DNA of 64,000 bases from positions 210,601 to 274,600 of the forward strand of contig JBGAHS010000011.1 in NCBI GenBank assembly GCA_044226015.1, given 5' to 3'. The DNA is from Candidatus Obscuribacteraceae bacterium. GTDB lineage: Bacteria > Cyanobacteriota > Vampirovibrionia > Obscuribacterales > Obscuribacteraceae. A model generated the notes under the pieces. The model worked only from the letters and a program-made list of their open reading frames with translations. It did not search any database and was not told where the DNA came from. Of the stretch, positions 30,063-39,720 are shown one piece after another. The position numbers and the translations under genes were made by a program. Every line of letters begins with the position of its first letter. The first letter of the stretch is position 1.

Positions 30063-30608
30063 ATGGATTATGCACCTTCGCGTACGCAGGAGGTTCAGTC
30101 TAGGTATTCGTATCACCAGGGTGATACGGATGAAAGACCGAACGTACAGTGGACTGCGCAAGATAATCAATCATACAGAAATGCCACTGTTCATGGCAAT
30201 CAAGAAGTGAACGTGTTTGCCAACAATGTCTACATTGATACTGGCAAAACGAATGTGTATCAACCGGTTCAAGAATTACCGCCGCCGCCACAGCAGCAAG
30301 TAGTGGTGCAAAGAGTCAGCGGCTGTTATCCAAACAATGACTGCTATGGAAGAGATAGAGACATCGGCGCTGAAATCGTTGGTGGCATCATTGGCGGTGT
30401 CATAGGTGGGGTTTTGATGAACCGCCATCACGGTGGATGGCACCGTGGTTACGAGCAGCGCTGGGACAATCGCGGTTGGAATAATCGCGGCTATGATGAC
30501 AATTATTATCACCAACACCGACAAAGACACTACCCACAGTATCAGCCGCAATATCAGCAAAATTGCCAACCATACTATGGTGGCGGCTATCGCAGACATT
30601 GTAGATAG
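30063..30608 (+). CDS. Hypothetical protein with glycine-zipper segment and Gln/Tyr/Arg-rich tail
   Basis: GGAG RBS; IVGGIIGGVIGGVL segment. Confidence 0.65.
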   Translation: MDYAPSRTQEVQSRYSYHQGDTDERPNVQWTAQDNQSYRNATVHGNQEVNVFANNVYIDTGKTNVYQPVQELPPPPQQQVVVQRVSGCYPNNDCYGRDRDIGAEIVGGIIGGVIGGVLMNRHHGGWHRGYEQRWDNRGWNNRGYDDNYYHQHRQRHYPQYQPQYQQNCQPYYGGGYRRHCR

Positions 30609-30651
30609 AAGCTTGCAGTAAGCAGTCCGGTCCCGCAGCCTGATTGATTAT

Positions 30652-30685
30652 AGAACCGAATTGGCACCCCCGCCAATTCGGTTTT
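30652..30685 (+). terminator. Intrinsic terminator
   Basis: AACCGAATTGGC-accccc-GCCAATTCGGTT followed by TT. Confidence 0.75.
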
Positions 30686-30830
30686 GCAGCATCACGAAAT
30701 TAGCAATCGCTGTACTCGTGCATACACTGCCGAATCCGGCGAGCGGACTTATTAGGAATTCCTTCAACAGAGTGCTGATTTAACAAGAACCTCTAGCGCG
30801 AGAAATAGTCAAAATAGGCAAGAGAAAAAA

Positions 30831-31622
30831 TTAGTTTGGATCGGGATGCTCAGGATCGTCCTTAAACCACTGAAAGTTAAAGCTATATCCGAACCCAGCT
30901 TTCTTTACCCCCAGTTCTTCTCTGTAAGGATTTTGGTAAAGGTAAACCAGAAAGACATTCAGAGAAAGAAAAATAACCACAAAAGTGGTCATCAGAAGCT
31001 GCGAAAGAAGGCTCTCTAGAAAGAAGAAGTAAGTAAAGAGAACAATCAAGATTCCGCCAACAATAAGTACAGACCAGAGAATTGGAGATAGCCCACTCTT
31101 CGATGCAACCATGCGAAAGCGCCTGGCATCAGATAATTGCTGCATACTTCCGAGCATTGCAGAGAAGCATTGCTGTTCATTTTGTTCTTTCGGATTGTAA
31201 TCAGTAATAGAGCGCCACAAAGCTCTATACTCTGGAATAGAACCCTCTTTCCGTTTTCCAGCTTCAATCATCGCCCAGTCTTCATCAGAGACCACTCTTG
31301 CATATTCGTAGAGACAGTCTCGAATTTTTTGCTTCGCAGGCTGACTAAACGGGCGCGTGTAATGATAAACATTCGAAAGAGAATTCGCCTCTGCTATTGC
31401 CATTTGCCTTGCCTGATCCACTTTCGACTGGGCATCAACAACTATCAAGCCCAACAAAATAGCGTACAAGGTTCCAACAATAGCAAGAAGAATTCCACCG
31501 ACTTCATGACACGCTTCAAGTGTCGCGCGCGAAATTTTCTTACGCACGAGCACCATGCCGACATTGGCTATGATCGTGCTTCCACCAATGATTATTAGTC
31601 CTTCAAGAAAAAGGTTCATCAA
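30831..31622 (-). CDS. DUF4239 / bestrophin-like membrane protein
   Basis: VGTLYAILLGL, EANSL, L.DARR.R, LW.VL..G, NPY pattern. Confidence 0.75.
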   Translation of the reverse strand: MMNLFLEGLIIIGGSTIIANVGMVLVRKKISRATLEACHEVGGILLAIVGTLYAILLGLIVVDAQSKVDQARQMAIAEANSLSNVYHYTRPFSQPAKQKIRDCLYEYARVVSDEDWAMIEAGKRKEGSIPEYRALWRSITDYNPKEQNEQQCFSAMLGSMQQLSDARRFRMVASKSGLSPILWSVLIVGGILIVLFTYFFFLESLLSQLLMTTFVVIFLSLNVFLVYLYQNPYREELGVKKAGFGYSFNFQWFKDDPEHPDPN

Positions 31623-31673
31623 TCAAAATTCCTTTCAATCGATGCTATTTTTGCACAAACAGCTATTGGGAGA

Positions 31674-32531
31674 TCACTTTTGAAGAAAATCTAGAAGAAC
31701 TCGGTTTACTTCCTCTGGCGCTTCATTCTGCACCCAGTGGCCGCATCCGGGTATTCTGTGGATTATTAAGTTAGGCGCAAATTCCTCAAGTCCATCCAGC
31801 AGTCGTATTCCAAGAGCCATGTCATTTTCGCCCCAGACGACTAGCGTTTCACCGTTGAATTTTGCTTCATAGGCTAGGTCTCCGCCATCTTTGGATCGGA
31901 ACAGACAACGATAGTAATTCAAAGCAGCGGTCAGCGCGCCAGACTGCGAAATGGCATCAACATATTTATCAATATCCTCTGCTGAAAAAGCATTTTTGCG
32001 AATGGTCTTCCCGGAAAAGACTTCTCTAACGAGCGCATAATTGTCAGCACTAATTAATCGTTCAGGAAGCCATGGAATTTGAAAGAAAAGGACATACCAA
32101 CTCTTGAAAGTTTGAGGCGGACGCCGTACTTCTCTTTTGTATATCTTCAAATGTGGTGCATTCATAATAACAAGCTTTGAGACCAGCTCGGGATATTTTC
32201 CAGCGAAAGCCCATGCGACGATGCCTCCCCAATCATGCCCCACGATATGTACCTTGCGTCCGACAGCACGAGCGATGCAAGCAACGTCTTCAACAAGCAA
32301 ACGCAGATGGTAGTCCTCTTTGGTTGGAGGCTTATCCGAGAGATTGTAGCCTCGCAGGTCAGGTGCAAAAACTGTATATCCGTTTTGGGAAAGAGCCTCT
32401 ATTTGATGGTGCCAGCTGTACCAAAATTCGGGGAAGCCGTGCAACATTATGACGGCTTCGCCTGATGACCCGGCTCGAGCAACATTCAGGTTAAGCCCAC
32501 GTCCCGCCATTTGTTGAAAGTTAATCGACAC
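31674..32531 (-). CDS. Alpha/beta hydrolase (epoxide hydrolase-like)
   Basis: HGFPEFWYSW, PDLRGYN.SDKP, GHDWGG, GHWVQ.E.P. Confidence 0.93.
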   Translation of the reverse strand: MSINFQQMAGRGLNLNVARAGSSGEAVIMLHGFPEFWYSWHHQIEALSQNGYTVFAPDLRGYNLSDKPPTKEDYHLRLLVEDVACIARAVGRKVHIVGHDWGGIVAWAFAGKYPELVSKLVIMNAPHLKIYKREVRRPPQTFKSWYVLFFQIPWLPERLISADNYALVREVFSGKTIRKNAFSAEDIDKYVDAISQSGALTAALNYYRCLFRSKDGGDLAYEAKFNGETLVVWGENDMALGIRLLDGLEEFAPNLIIHRIPGCGHWVQNEAPEEVNRVLLDFLQK

Positions 32532-32655
32532 TTTTGTATTCCAGTTATTTGCCCTTTGTCTTTCAAGGGTTTTTCCTAGTGTACATCAGTCCAAGAGTGA
32601 GCATAATAGCCAAACTGAGATTTACCACATCGCACTTTCTCTGGAGGCAGCTCCC

Positions 32656-33285
32656 ATGAAGAAGCTCATCCTTTATATTTCTGCGGGCATTTTTTGCGGC
32701 TTGCTTGCCTGCCCAGCTGAAGCTCAAGAACACGGCGGATTCAAAATCAACTCAAAAGCACTGCCCGACGCCAGCAACATCGAACGGGCCAGACTGCGAT
32801 TGCAGGTGGTCGACACAAGTCCAATCCTCACAGACAATCGCCCCAAAAATCAGCAACCCGACAACTACATAATAAATGTAGCCCCCCAGCAATCCACCCC
32901 GGGCAACACATTCGTCATTAACAGTCCAACGGGCAGCGGGGGAGGATACGTGAACTTGAATGGACTTGCTCCTGTAAGCGACATGCAGCGCTCAAATATT
33001 TCTCATCGCCAAATCGCGCCATCAAACCTGCCTCAGGGCAGCAGCACAGGCGTTCATGGTCCAACAGGTGCCGCTGCCGGTCAAACCACAGCACAAAACA
33101 GCCTTGCTGGAAGAATGACTACACCGATCAAGTCTCACCAGATGCAAGCAGCCTCAATTCCAGCAAAAGGGTATGGAGATTATCACTCTGGTGGACAGAG
33201 TGCGGGCGGACCATCTGCACAGGGCAGCGTCCATGGCGAGATAAAAAATCAACCGAATATCCTCAAGAATCGTGTGCTGAAATGA
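32656..33285 (+). CDS. Hypothetical secreted low-complexity protein
   Basis: GGAGG RBS, signal peptide ending AEA, Gly/Ser/Gln/Pro-rich body. Confidence 0.7.
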   Translation: MKKLILYISAGIFCGLLACPAEAQEHGGFKINSKALPDASNIERARLRLQVVDTSPILTDNRPKNQQPDNYIINVAPQQSTPGNTFVINSPTGSGGGYVNLNGLAPVSDMQRSNISHRQIAPSNLPQGSSTGVHGPTGAAAGQTTAQNSLAGRMTTPIKSHQMQAASIPAKGYGDYHSGGQSAGGPSAQGSVHGEIKNQPNILKNRVLK

Positions 33286-33300
33286 TCCAGAGCTAGCTAA

Positions 33301-33619
33301 TGGATCCCCAGGTCTGCAAACGGATCCCAATCTGCAAACGGATCCCAATCTGCAAACGGATCCCAATCTGCAAACGGATCCCAATCTGCAAACGGATCCC
33401 AATCTGCAAACGGATCCCAATCTGCACAGGGAACCCAATCTGCACATGGCTCCCAAGTCTGCACAGGGAACCCAATCTGCACAACGGATCCCAATTTGCA
33501 GGGAACCCAATCTGCACATGGCTCCAAAACTGCACACGGATCCCAATCTGCACATGGCTCCAAAACTGCACACGGATCCCAATTTGCACACGGCTCCCGT
33601 GCCTGCACATGGAACCAAA
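33301..33619. repeat. About 17 x 18-bp tandem repeat TCTGCAAACGGATCCCAA
   Basis: Six perfect units at 33313-33420, then progressively degenerate units; lies between convergent genes. Confidence 0.95.
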
Positions 33620-33670
33620 CACAAGAATCCCCAAATTTTCTCAATGAAAGTGCGAAACGACAGAAGCGGC

Positions 33671-34486
33671 CTAATCGGCCGCTTCTGCCACTTTTGTAGC
33701 CACGTAACTCATGAGCACACCATCAGCGGTGCTAACTATTTCCATGTTGACGCCGTATACGGCTCGCAATGATTCCTCTGAAAGTACGTCGGAAACCTTG
33801 CCCTTAGCCTTCAGATTTCCATTTGCGCCAGTTTTGCTCAGAAGCATGACCTCATCGGCAATTCGTGCAGTCAGAGTCAAGTCATGCAAAACCAACAAAA
33901 TACCAAGCCCCTCTTGTTTCAACTGTTTCAACAGGTCCATCAATTCCAATTGATGGCGAAAATCAAGATGTGCAGTAGGCTCGTCCAAAAGCATATACGC
34001 GGGCTCTTGAGCCAGAGCTGTCGCAATCAAAACACGTTGGCGCTCTCCCCCAGATAGCTCATCTATCAATTTATTTCGAAGCGCGGAGCAATTGGTACGC
34101 TCTAATGCATCATCGACTTTCTTTTTATCGCTCGTTGTCCATTCCCAAGACCACCAGTTTTGGTGCGGGTTTCGTCCCAGCGAAACCCACTCATGAACGC
34201 TTAAGCTCCTTCTTGTTTCCACAAATTGAGGAACAAAAGCCAACTGGCGAGCTAATTGTAGCTCTGTCAGTTGACCAAGCGGCACGCCCCCAATTGAAAC
34301 AGTTCCACCAAGTGCGGGAATCTGCTTGGCGATTGTCTTAAGCAACGTCGATTTGCCTGCCCCGTTTGGACCACAAAGAACAGTAATCTGAGCTTTTCCA
34401 ATTTCAGCCTGCTCTATTTCGCAAACGATTTGCTTGTGAAAGCCAACCCTCAGGTCCTTCATTTCAATGGTGTTATCAGCGCTCAT
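33671..34486 (-). CDS. ABC transporter ATP-binding protein (FecE/BtuD-like)
   Basis: GPNGAGKST, LSGGERQR, LLDEPTAHLD, LHDL. Confidence 0.93.
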   Translation of the reverse strand: MSADNTIEMKDLRVGFHKQIVCEIEQAEIGKAQITVLCGPNGAGKSTLLKTIAKQIPALGGTVSIGGVPLGQLTELQLARQLAFVPQFVETRRSLSVHEWVSLGRNPHQNWWSWEWTTSDKKKVDDALERTNCSALRNKLIDELSGGERQRVLIATALAQEPAYMLLDEPTAHLDFRHQLELMDLLKQLKQEGLGILLVLHDLTLTARIADEVMLLSKTGANGNLKAKGKVSDVLSEESLRAVYGVNMEIVSTADGVLMSYVATKVAEAAD

Positions 34487-35490
34487 AGCCTGTATACCCC
34501 ATCTTGTTTCTTCAAAAGTAGGTAGATGAAGAAAGGTCCACCTATCAAAGAGAGAAGGGTGCCCAGAGGAAGTTCTTGTCCTCCGGCAATCGTTCTGGCT
34601 GCGAGATCACTCATCATGACCATACCTGCGCCTATCGCCGCCGACGCAATCAGATGCGCTCGCTCGTCTCGTCCGAAAAGTTGGCGGGCAAAATAGGGAG
34701 ATATCAACCCGGCGAACCCAACAATTCCGCTTAACGAAACCGCCGAACTGCAAAGCAAGATTGCAGAAAACAAAATAGAGAGCTGCGCCTTTGTCACGTT
34801 TACGCCGAGAGAGCTGGCAGCCGCAGTTCCCAGAGACAACAAACGCAATGGCTTGCTAGTTATACCGGCAATCAGACAACCCGCTAGTATATAAAGACTC
34901 GTAGAACTGAGGTCTGACCAGCTCTTTCCATTTACACTACCTGCAAGCCAATAGTAAATACCTTGGGATCTGACGCTGCCCTGGGCTGAGCATATAAGCA
35001 AAGTGATGACAGCTCCACAAAACGCTGAAAGAGCAACACCAGAAAGCAATAAGCGAGAAACACTTATCCCCTCGCTCGTTTTGGAAAGCAGAAGCACGAT
35101 GAAGCTGGCCAGCAAGCCACCTGCTAGCGAAATCACAGGTATAAAGGCAAACTCGACACCAAGTATCATTGAAATTGCCACGGCGAGCCCAGCACCGCTT
35201 GAAACGCCTGTCAGGTAAGGATCTGCTAATCCATTATTGGATAGCGATTGAAGCTGGTATCCAGACAACCCAAGAGCAGTTCCCACCAGTGCTGCAGCCA
35301 GTGCCCGCGGCAATCGAATATCCATAAGAATCTGATAAGAAGTACTAGTCGAAGCCAAATCGATATGGCGAAAGAGAGCCGAAAACGATTCAAAGACCTC
35401 GGAAACAGATAGCCGAATCTCTCCCAGGCAGAGGTTCAACAAAAGTACAGCCAGTAGAGCTGCAAACAATAAGATGAATCGAAAAAACAC
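34483..35490 (-). CDS. FecCD/BtuC family ABC permease
   Basis: IRLPRAL, N.LADPYLTGVSSGA, GIVGFAGL, ELPLG...GGPFF. Confidence 0.93.
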   Translation of the reverse strand: MFFRFILLFAALLAVLLLNLCLGEIRLSVSEVFESFSALFRHIDLASTSTSYQILMDIRLPRALAAALVGTALGLSGYQLQSLSNNGLADPYLTGVSSGAGLAVAISMILGVEFAFIPVISLAGGLLASFIVLLLSKTSEGISVSRLLLSGVALSAFCGAVITLLICSAQGSVRSQGIYYWLAGSVNGKSWSDLSSTSLYILAGCLIAGITSKPLRLLSLGTAAASSLGVNVTKAQLSILFSAILLCSSAVSLSGIVGFAGLISPYFARQLFGRDERAHLIASAAIGAGMVMMSDLAARTIAGGQELPLGTLLSLIGGPFFIYLLLKKQDGVYRL

Positions 35491-35619
35491 CGCACCCGGC
35501 TTTCAAATCTTAGAGTTCCTTCAAAAGCCTGATTCTCTCAGGTTTTCATAGCAGTTTGCAAGCCCAGACATGCTAACATGATGAGCCGTATATTTTGTAA
35601 GCGAGGCTCTGCATTAGGA

Positions 35620-36819
35620 ATGCTGCGTACTATCTATTTGGATAACAGTGCTACGACAAAAGTCAGACCAGAAGTGAAAGCAGCTATGGAGCCCTTTCTA
35701 GAGGATAAATGGGGCAACCCTTCCTCTGTTCATTACCTCGGCGCCGTTGCCAGAAGAGCCATGGATGAAGCAAGAAAGCAGGTAGCGTTATTGCTGAACT
35801 GCGATTTTGATGAAGTTTACTTCACCCCATGCGCTACATATAGTAATAACGTCGCCCTTCTGGGTCGAGCAAGATTTGTAGATGCCAACGGTTTGGGTAA
35901 GCACTTGATCACGACCAAAATCGAGCACCCCTCCTGCACCGGACCCGCAAAGCATTTAGAGTCACAAGGTTGGAAAGTCACTTACTTGCCGGTTGATAAG
36001 GACGGACGAGTCTCGCCTCAAGAACTCGAAGCAAGCCTTACAAAAGACACAAGTATCGTTTCCATTATGTGGGCCAATAATGAAATAGGGGCGGTGCAAC
36101 CAATTGCTGACTGCGCCCGCATTGCCAAATCAGCTGGAGCATTTTTCCATACAGACGCAGTCCAGGTGCCTGGAAAGTTGCCAATTAACCTTGCTGAGCT
36201 ACCGGCTGACTCGCTTTCGATCTCTGCGCACAAGTTCAACGGTCCAAAAGGAATTGGAGCACTTTTCATTAGAAAAGGTTCTAACGTCATGCCAATTGCG
36301 TTCGGTGGTGGGCAAGAAATGGGACTTTTCCCGGGGACAGAATCGCTACCAAACATAATCGCAATCGGTCAGGCAGCACACCTTGCGAAAACAGAAATTG
36401 AAGAGAATGTAAAACACTTGCGCGCGCTCCAACGAATATTGTGCGAGAAGCTTTCTCAACTTGAGGGTGTGAAATTCACAGGACCGACAGATTTCGACCA
36501 TCGAATTCCAGGGCATGTCAGCATTGTCGTACCTGGAGTTGAAGGGGAATCAGTCGTACTGCAGGCAGACTTGCGTGGCTTATGTGTATCAGCAGCGTCG
36601 GCTTGCAAAAAAGGAATTGTTCAGCCATCACATGTGGTGGCTGCACTGGGCTATTGTGATAAAGACGCCTTGGGTTCAGTTCGCATCACAGCAGGCAAAT
36701 TCAATACCGAAGAAGAGTGCGAAAAAGCTGCAGAGATACTTACGAAAATCATTAGCTCTTACAGAAAAAGAGCTGCAGCAAAAACGCCAGCGAGCACGGC
36801 ACTAAGCGGACAAAAATAG
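35620..36819 (+). CDS. iscS: Cysteine desulfurase (IscS/NifS family)
   Basis: YLDNSATT, GNPSS.H, NNEIG, HTDAVQ, SAHK (PLP Lys), SAASAC (catalytic Cys). Confidence 0.9.
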   Translation: MLRTIYLDNSATTKVRPEVKAAMEPFLEDKWGNPSSVHYLGAVARRAMDEARKQVALLLNCDFDEVYFTPCATYSNNVALLGRARFVDANGLGKHLITTKIEHPSCTGPAKHLESQGWKVTYLPVDKDGRVSPQELEASLTKDTSIVSIMWANNEIGAVQPIADCARIAKSAGAFFHTDAVQVPGKLPINLAELPADSLSISAHKFNGPKGIGALFIRKGSNVMPIAFGGGQEMGLFPGTESLPNIIAIGQAAHLAKTEIEENVKHLRALQRILCEKLSQLEGVKFTGPTDFDHRIPGHVSIVVPGVEGESVVLQADLRGLCVSAASACKKGIVQPSHVVAALGYCDKDALGSVRITAGKFNTEEECEKAAEILTKIISSYRKRAAAKTPASTALSGQK

Positions 36820-36822
36820 CGA

Positions 36823-37521
36823 ATGTGCGGACGATACACCCTGGCTCGCAGCCAGCAAGAGCTGTCTGAAAGATTTGGTGTGAAGCAGCTATTCGTGGAT
36901 TTGATTCCAAGGTACAACATCGCGCCCACTCAAAAAGCTGCGGTAGTTGTAAGCACAGAAGCAGGTCGAAGTTTAGAGCTCTTTCGCTGGGGCTTAATTC
37001 CCTCTTGGACACAAGATTTGAAGCTTGCCAAACCGCTTATCAATGCGAGAGCCGAGACACTTGCAGAGAAAGCCTCTTTCAAAACAGCGCTAAAGAATCG
37101 CCGCTGCATCGTTCCGGCGGATGGTTTTTATGAGTGGAGAAAAGAAGGTACAGTTAAGCATCCGATGTTCATCCATGGCACAAAGAACCAGGTACTTGGA
37201 TTTGCTGGTATTTGGGATGAATGGAAAGATGAGGACAATGACGGAAAAATTCTTCGCTCATTCAGCATTGTTACCACAGCCGCAAACAAGTTTATGAGTT
37301 CTGTGCATGATCGTATGCCCGTAATCCTCGCAGCTGATGCCGAAGACATGTGGCTGAACAGCGACGAGAAAAACACAAGCAAGCTGATTTCATTGCTGGG
37401 GCAAGCTCCTGAAGGCTTCCTGGAAATGCATGAAGTATCTCAAGAAGTAAACTCAGTGAAGATAGATAGTCCGACCTGCATTGAACCTGTATCGCAACAG
37501 CTTCGCCTGGGTGGGTTCTGA
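36823..37521 (+). CDS. SOS response-associated peptidase (SRAP/YedK/HMCES, abasic-site processing)
   Basis: MCGRY N-terminus, RYNIAPTQ, WGLIP, INARAET, GFYEW, HDRMP. Confidence 0.95.
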   Translation: MCGRYTLARSQQELSERFGVKQLFVDLIPRYNIAPTQKAAVVVSTEAGRSLELFRWGLIPSWTQDLKLAKPLINARAETLAEKASFKTALKNRRCIVPADGFYEWRKEGTVKHPMFIHGTKNQVLGFAGIWDEWKDEDNDGKILRSFSIVTTAANKFMSSVHDRMPVILAADAEDMWLNSDEKNTSKLISLLGQAPEGFLEMHEVSQEVNSVKIDSPTCIEPVSQQLRLGGF

Positions 37522-37542
37522 AGCTAGTCAAAGGGGACGCCA

Positions 37543-39177
37543 ATGTCTATTGATACAAACTTCTACATAGACATCGCCGTAATCGCTCTCTATTTCATCA
37601 CCATAATTTATGTTGGTCTCAAATTCGGTGAGAAAGAAGACAATCTAGAAGACTTTTCTCTCGGCGGTCGCAGCATTCCGTGGTGGGCTGTTTTAGCATC
37701 CATCATAGCGGCAGAAACCAGTGCGGCAACCTTTATTGGAGCACCAGGCGAAGGCTATGAGTTGGTCAACTACACCTATTTGCAAATGGCAGTAGGAACA
37801 ATCATTGGTCGAATCATCGTTGCGTTCTTATTCATAAAACCATACTTTGATTTGAACGTTTTTTCTATCTACGAATATCTAGAAGTGCGCTTTGGAAAGG
37901 GCACAAGAGCAGCTGCCAGTGCTATTTTTCTTGTAACACGTGTTCTAGCCTCTGGTGCTCGTTTGTATGTTGCAGCAATTGTTTTAGCTGTAGCATACAC
38001 ACTTATAACAGGAACTCCTCCGAGCACCACACAACAGTTGGTTGTATACATCGGCTCCATTGTTTTCGTGAGTGTCACCACTGCAATTTACACCTCAGTT
38101 GGCGGCATTAAAGCAGTGGTATGGACAGATTTCATTCAAGCATCAGTAATGTTTGGTGGCGCTCTCTCAGCAATTGCAGTGCTAATTTTCGCAATGCCAC
38201 AAGGTCCCTCATCAGTAATCAATTTCTTCAATGACCCTCAAACAAACTTGCAGATGTTCACAGTCGGAACAGATGGCAAACTTTCATTCTTTGAAAACGT
38301 GCAGAAAGTACTTTGCTCAGAGTACACAGTTTATGCGGCATTGATTGGTTCAACCTTTATCACACTAGCCACGCACGGTACGGACCAGGACATGGTGCAG
38401 CGAATGCTTACTGCGACCGACTATAAGAAGAGTCGGCTTTCTCTCATAACTTCAGGTCTGGCTGACATTCCAATTGGATTCATTTTCATTACTATTGGAA
38501 TACTGCTACATCTGTATTTTCAGCAAGCACATGACCCACAGCTTCCACAGAAGAACAATGAGATTTTTGCATTTTTCATTCTCAAACATATGCCTGTGGG
38601 TCTGAGAGGTTTGCTGATAGCAGGAATTTTTGCCACAGCTATGGGATCTTTGAGTGCCGCCTTGAATGCCCTGGCTACAAGTTGCACGCGAGACTTCTAT
38701 CATTCGAAAGATGTCGGAAACAGTGGCGAAGAGGCGGTAAAAGCTGCAAGAAAGTTCACATGCATATTTGCAGGATTGATGATTTTAGTCGCAAGCACAA
38801 CAGCATACTTCGTAATTGAACATCCTGACTCCCGCATCATTCCTATTGTTCTCGGAATTTTTGGATACACGTATGGCTCACTTCTAGGTGTGTTCTTGCT
38901 GGGAATGCTAACCAAAAATCGTGGTTGCGACAAGGGAAATTATATTGCAATGATTTGCGGCTTCATCTGCGTTTCAATATTTAGTGGACTACCAAATCAG
39001 GTGCTCGAACTTTGTGGGTTTAAGGCGATAGATGCACTGGCACAAATTCCCACTATCTCTTTTCCGTGGAGAGTTATGTTTGGTACCATTGCCACGTTTA
39101 CTGTAGCCGTGCTATTTCCAAGCCAGAAGCTCGAAAAAGATGAAAGGGCGACCGCCGGCAATGTGGTCGCCCCTTGA
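37543..39177 (+). CDS. Sodium:solute symporter family permease
   Basis: LGGRSIPWW, ETSAATFIG, GGIKAVVWTDFIQ, GTDQDMVQR; many TM helices. Confidence 0.93.
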   Translation: MSIDTNFYIDIAVIALYFITIIYVGLKFGEKEDNLEDFSLGGRSIPWWAVLASIIAAETSAATFIGAPGEGYELVNYTYLQMAVGTIIGRIIVAFLFIKPYFDLNVFSIYEYLEVRFGKGTRAAASAIFLVTRVLASGARLYVAAIVLAVAYTLITGTPPSTTQQLVVYIGSIVFVSVTTAIYTSVGGIKAVVWTDFIQASVMFGGALSAIAVLIFAMPQGPSSVINFFNDPQTNLQMFTVGTDGKLSFFENVQKVLCSEYTVYAALIGSTFITLATHGTDQDMVQRMLTATDYKKSRLSLITSGLADIPIGFIFITIGILLHLYFQQAHDPQLPQKNNEIFAFFILKHMPVGLRGLLIAGIFATAMGSLSAALNALATSCTRDFYHSKDVGNSGEEAVKAARKFTCIFAGLMILVASTTAYFVIEHPDSRIIPIVLGIFGYTYGSLLGVFLLGMLTKNRGCDKGNYIAMICGFICVSIFSGLPNQVLELCGFKAIDALAQIPTISFPWRVMFGTIATFTVAVLFPSQKLEKDERATAGNVVAP

Positions 39178-39232
39178 GCAAAGAAATGGGATTCGTCAAT
39201 CGAGAAACGCCTCTCCATCTTCCCTGCAACGC

Positions 39233-39517
39233 TTAGAAAAAATGGCGCTTCTTTTCCTTCGCTTTCTTTTTGTCCTTATATGATTGGACGGCTGCTCCCT
39301 TCCCGGCCCCGAGCACTGCTCCTGTCGCTACAGAGTGCCCGAGAAGGGGAGCCGCCATGCCGCCTGTCATCACACCTATTCCGGCGGCTTTCATCGTTCG
39401 TCTTATTTTCGGGTGATTATTGAAGAAGAAGTGCTTCTTTTCCTCCTCAGCACTGCTCGGACTCGGCAGCGCGCTAATCAATGTAATCACCATCCCTAGT
39501 ATCGTTGTTATCTTCAT
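39233..39517 (-). CDS. Small secreted hypothetical protein with glycine-zipper-like segment
   Basis: GAGGAG RBS, signal peptide, AAGIG...GAVLGAG. Confidence 0.6.
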   Translation of the reverse strand: MKITTILGMVITLISALPSPSSAEEEKKHFFFNNHPKIRRTMKAAGIGVMTGGMAAPLLGHSVATGAVLGAGKGAAVQSYKDKKKAKEKKRHFF

Positions 39518-39720
39518 AATCTCTGTCTCCTCAAAAAACGACGGCAGGCTCAATGTGCAGTTCCAAAATGCAGACTCTGCCCAACAGAAGCCGCACAATC
39601 TGAACGAATTGCAAAAGCTCGAAGAATGAAGTCGCTCTTACCTATATAATGTGATTCCGATAATGAGCGCAGGCAGATGTGAGCCTGGATGCTCTTTGAC
39701 AACACATAAGGAGTCGGAAG

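Noticed and set aside
33301..33619. CRISPR array
   Set aside because: Units are contiguous 18-mers with no unique spacers, and no cas genes are in the window.
33154..33772. Repeat-peptide ORFs (CRLGSV, LQIGIR, ADWDPF, CKRIPI)
   Set aside because: Open frames on both strands follow from a stop-free 18-bp unit, and indels in later units shift frame, which argues against coding.
35491..35619. Cobalamin riboswitch ahead of the FecCD/BtuC permease
   Set aside because: The gap is short and no B12-box motif is visible; the transporter substrate stays unassigned.
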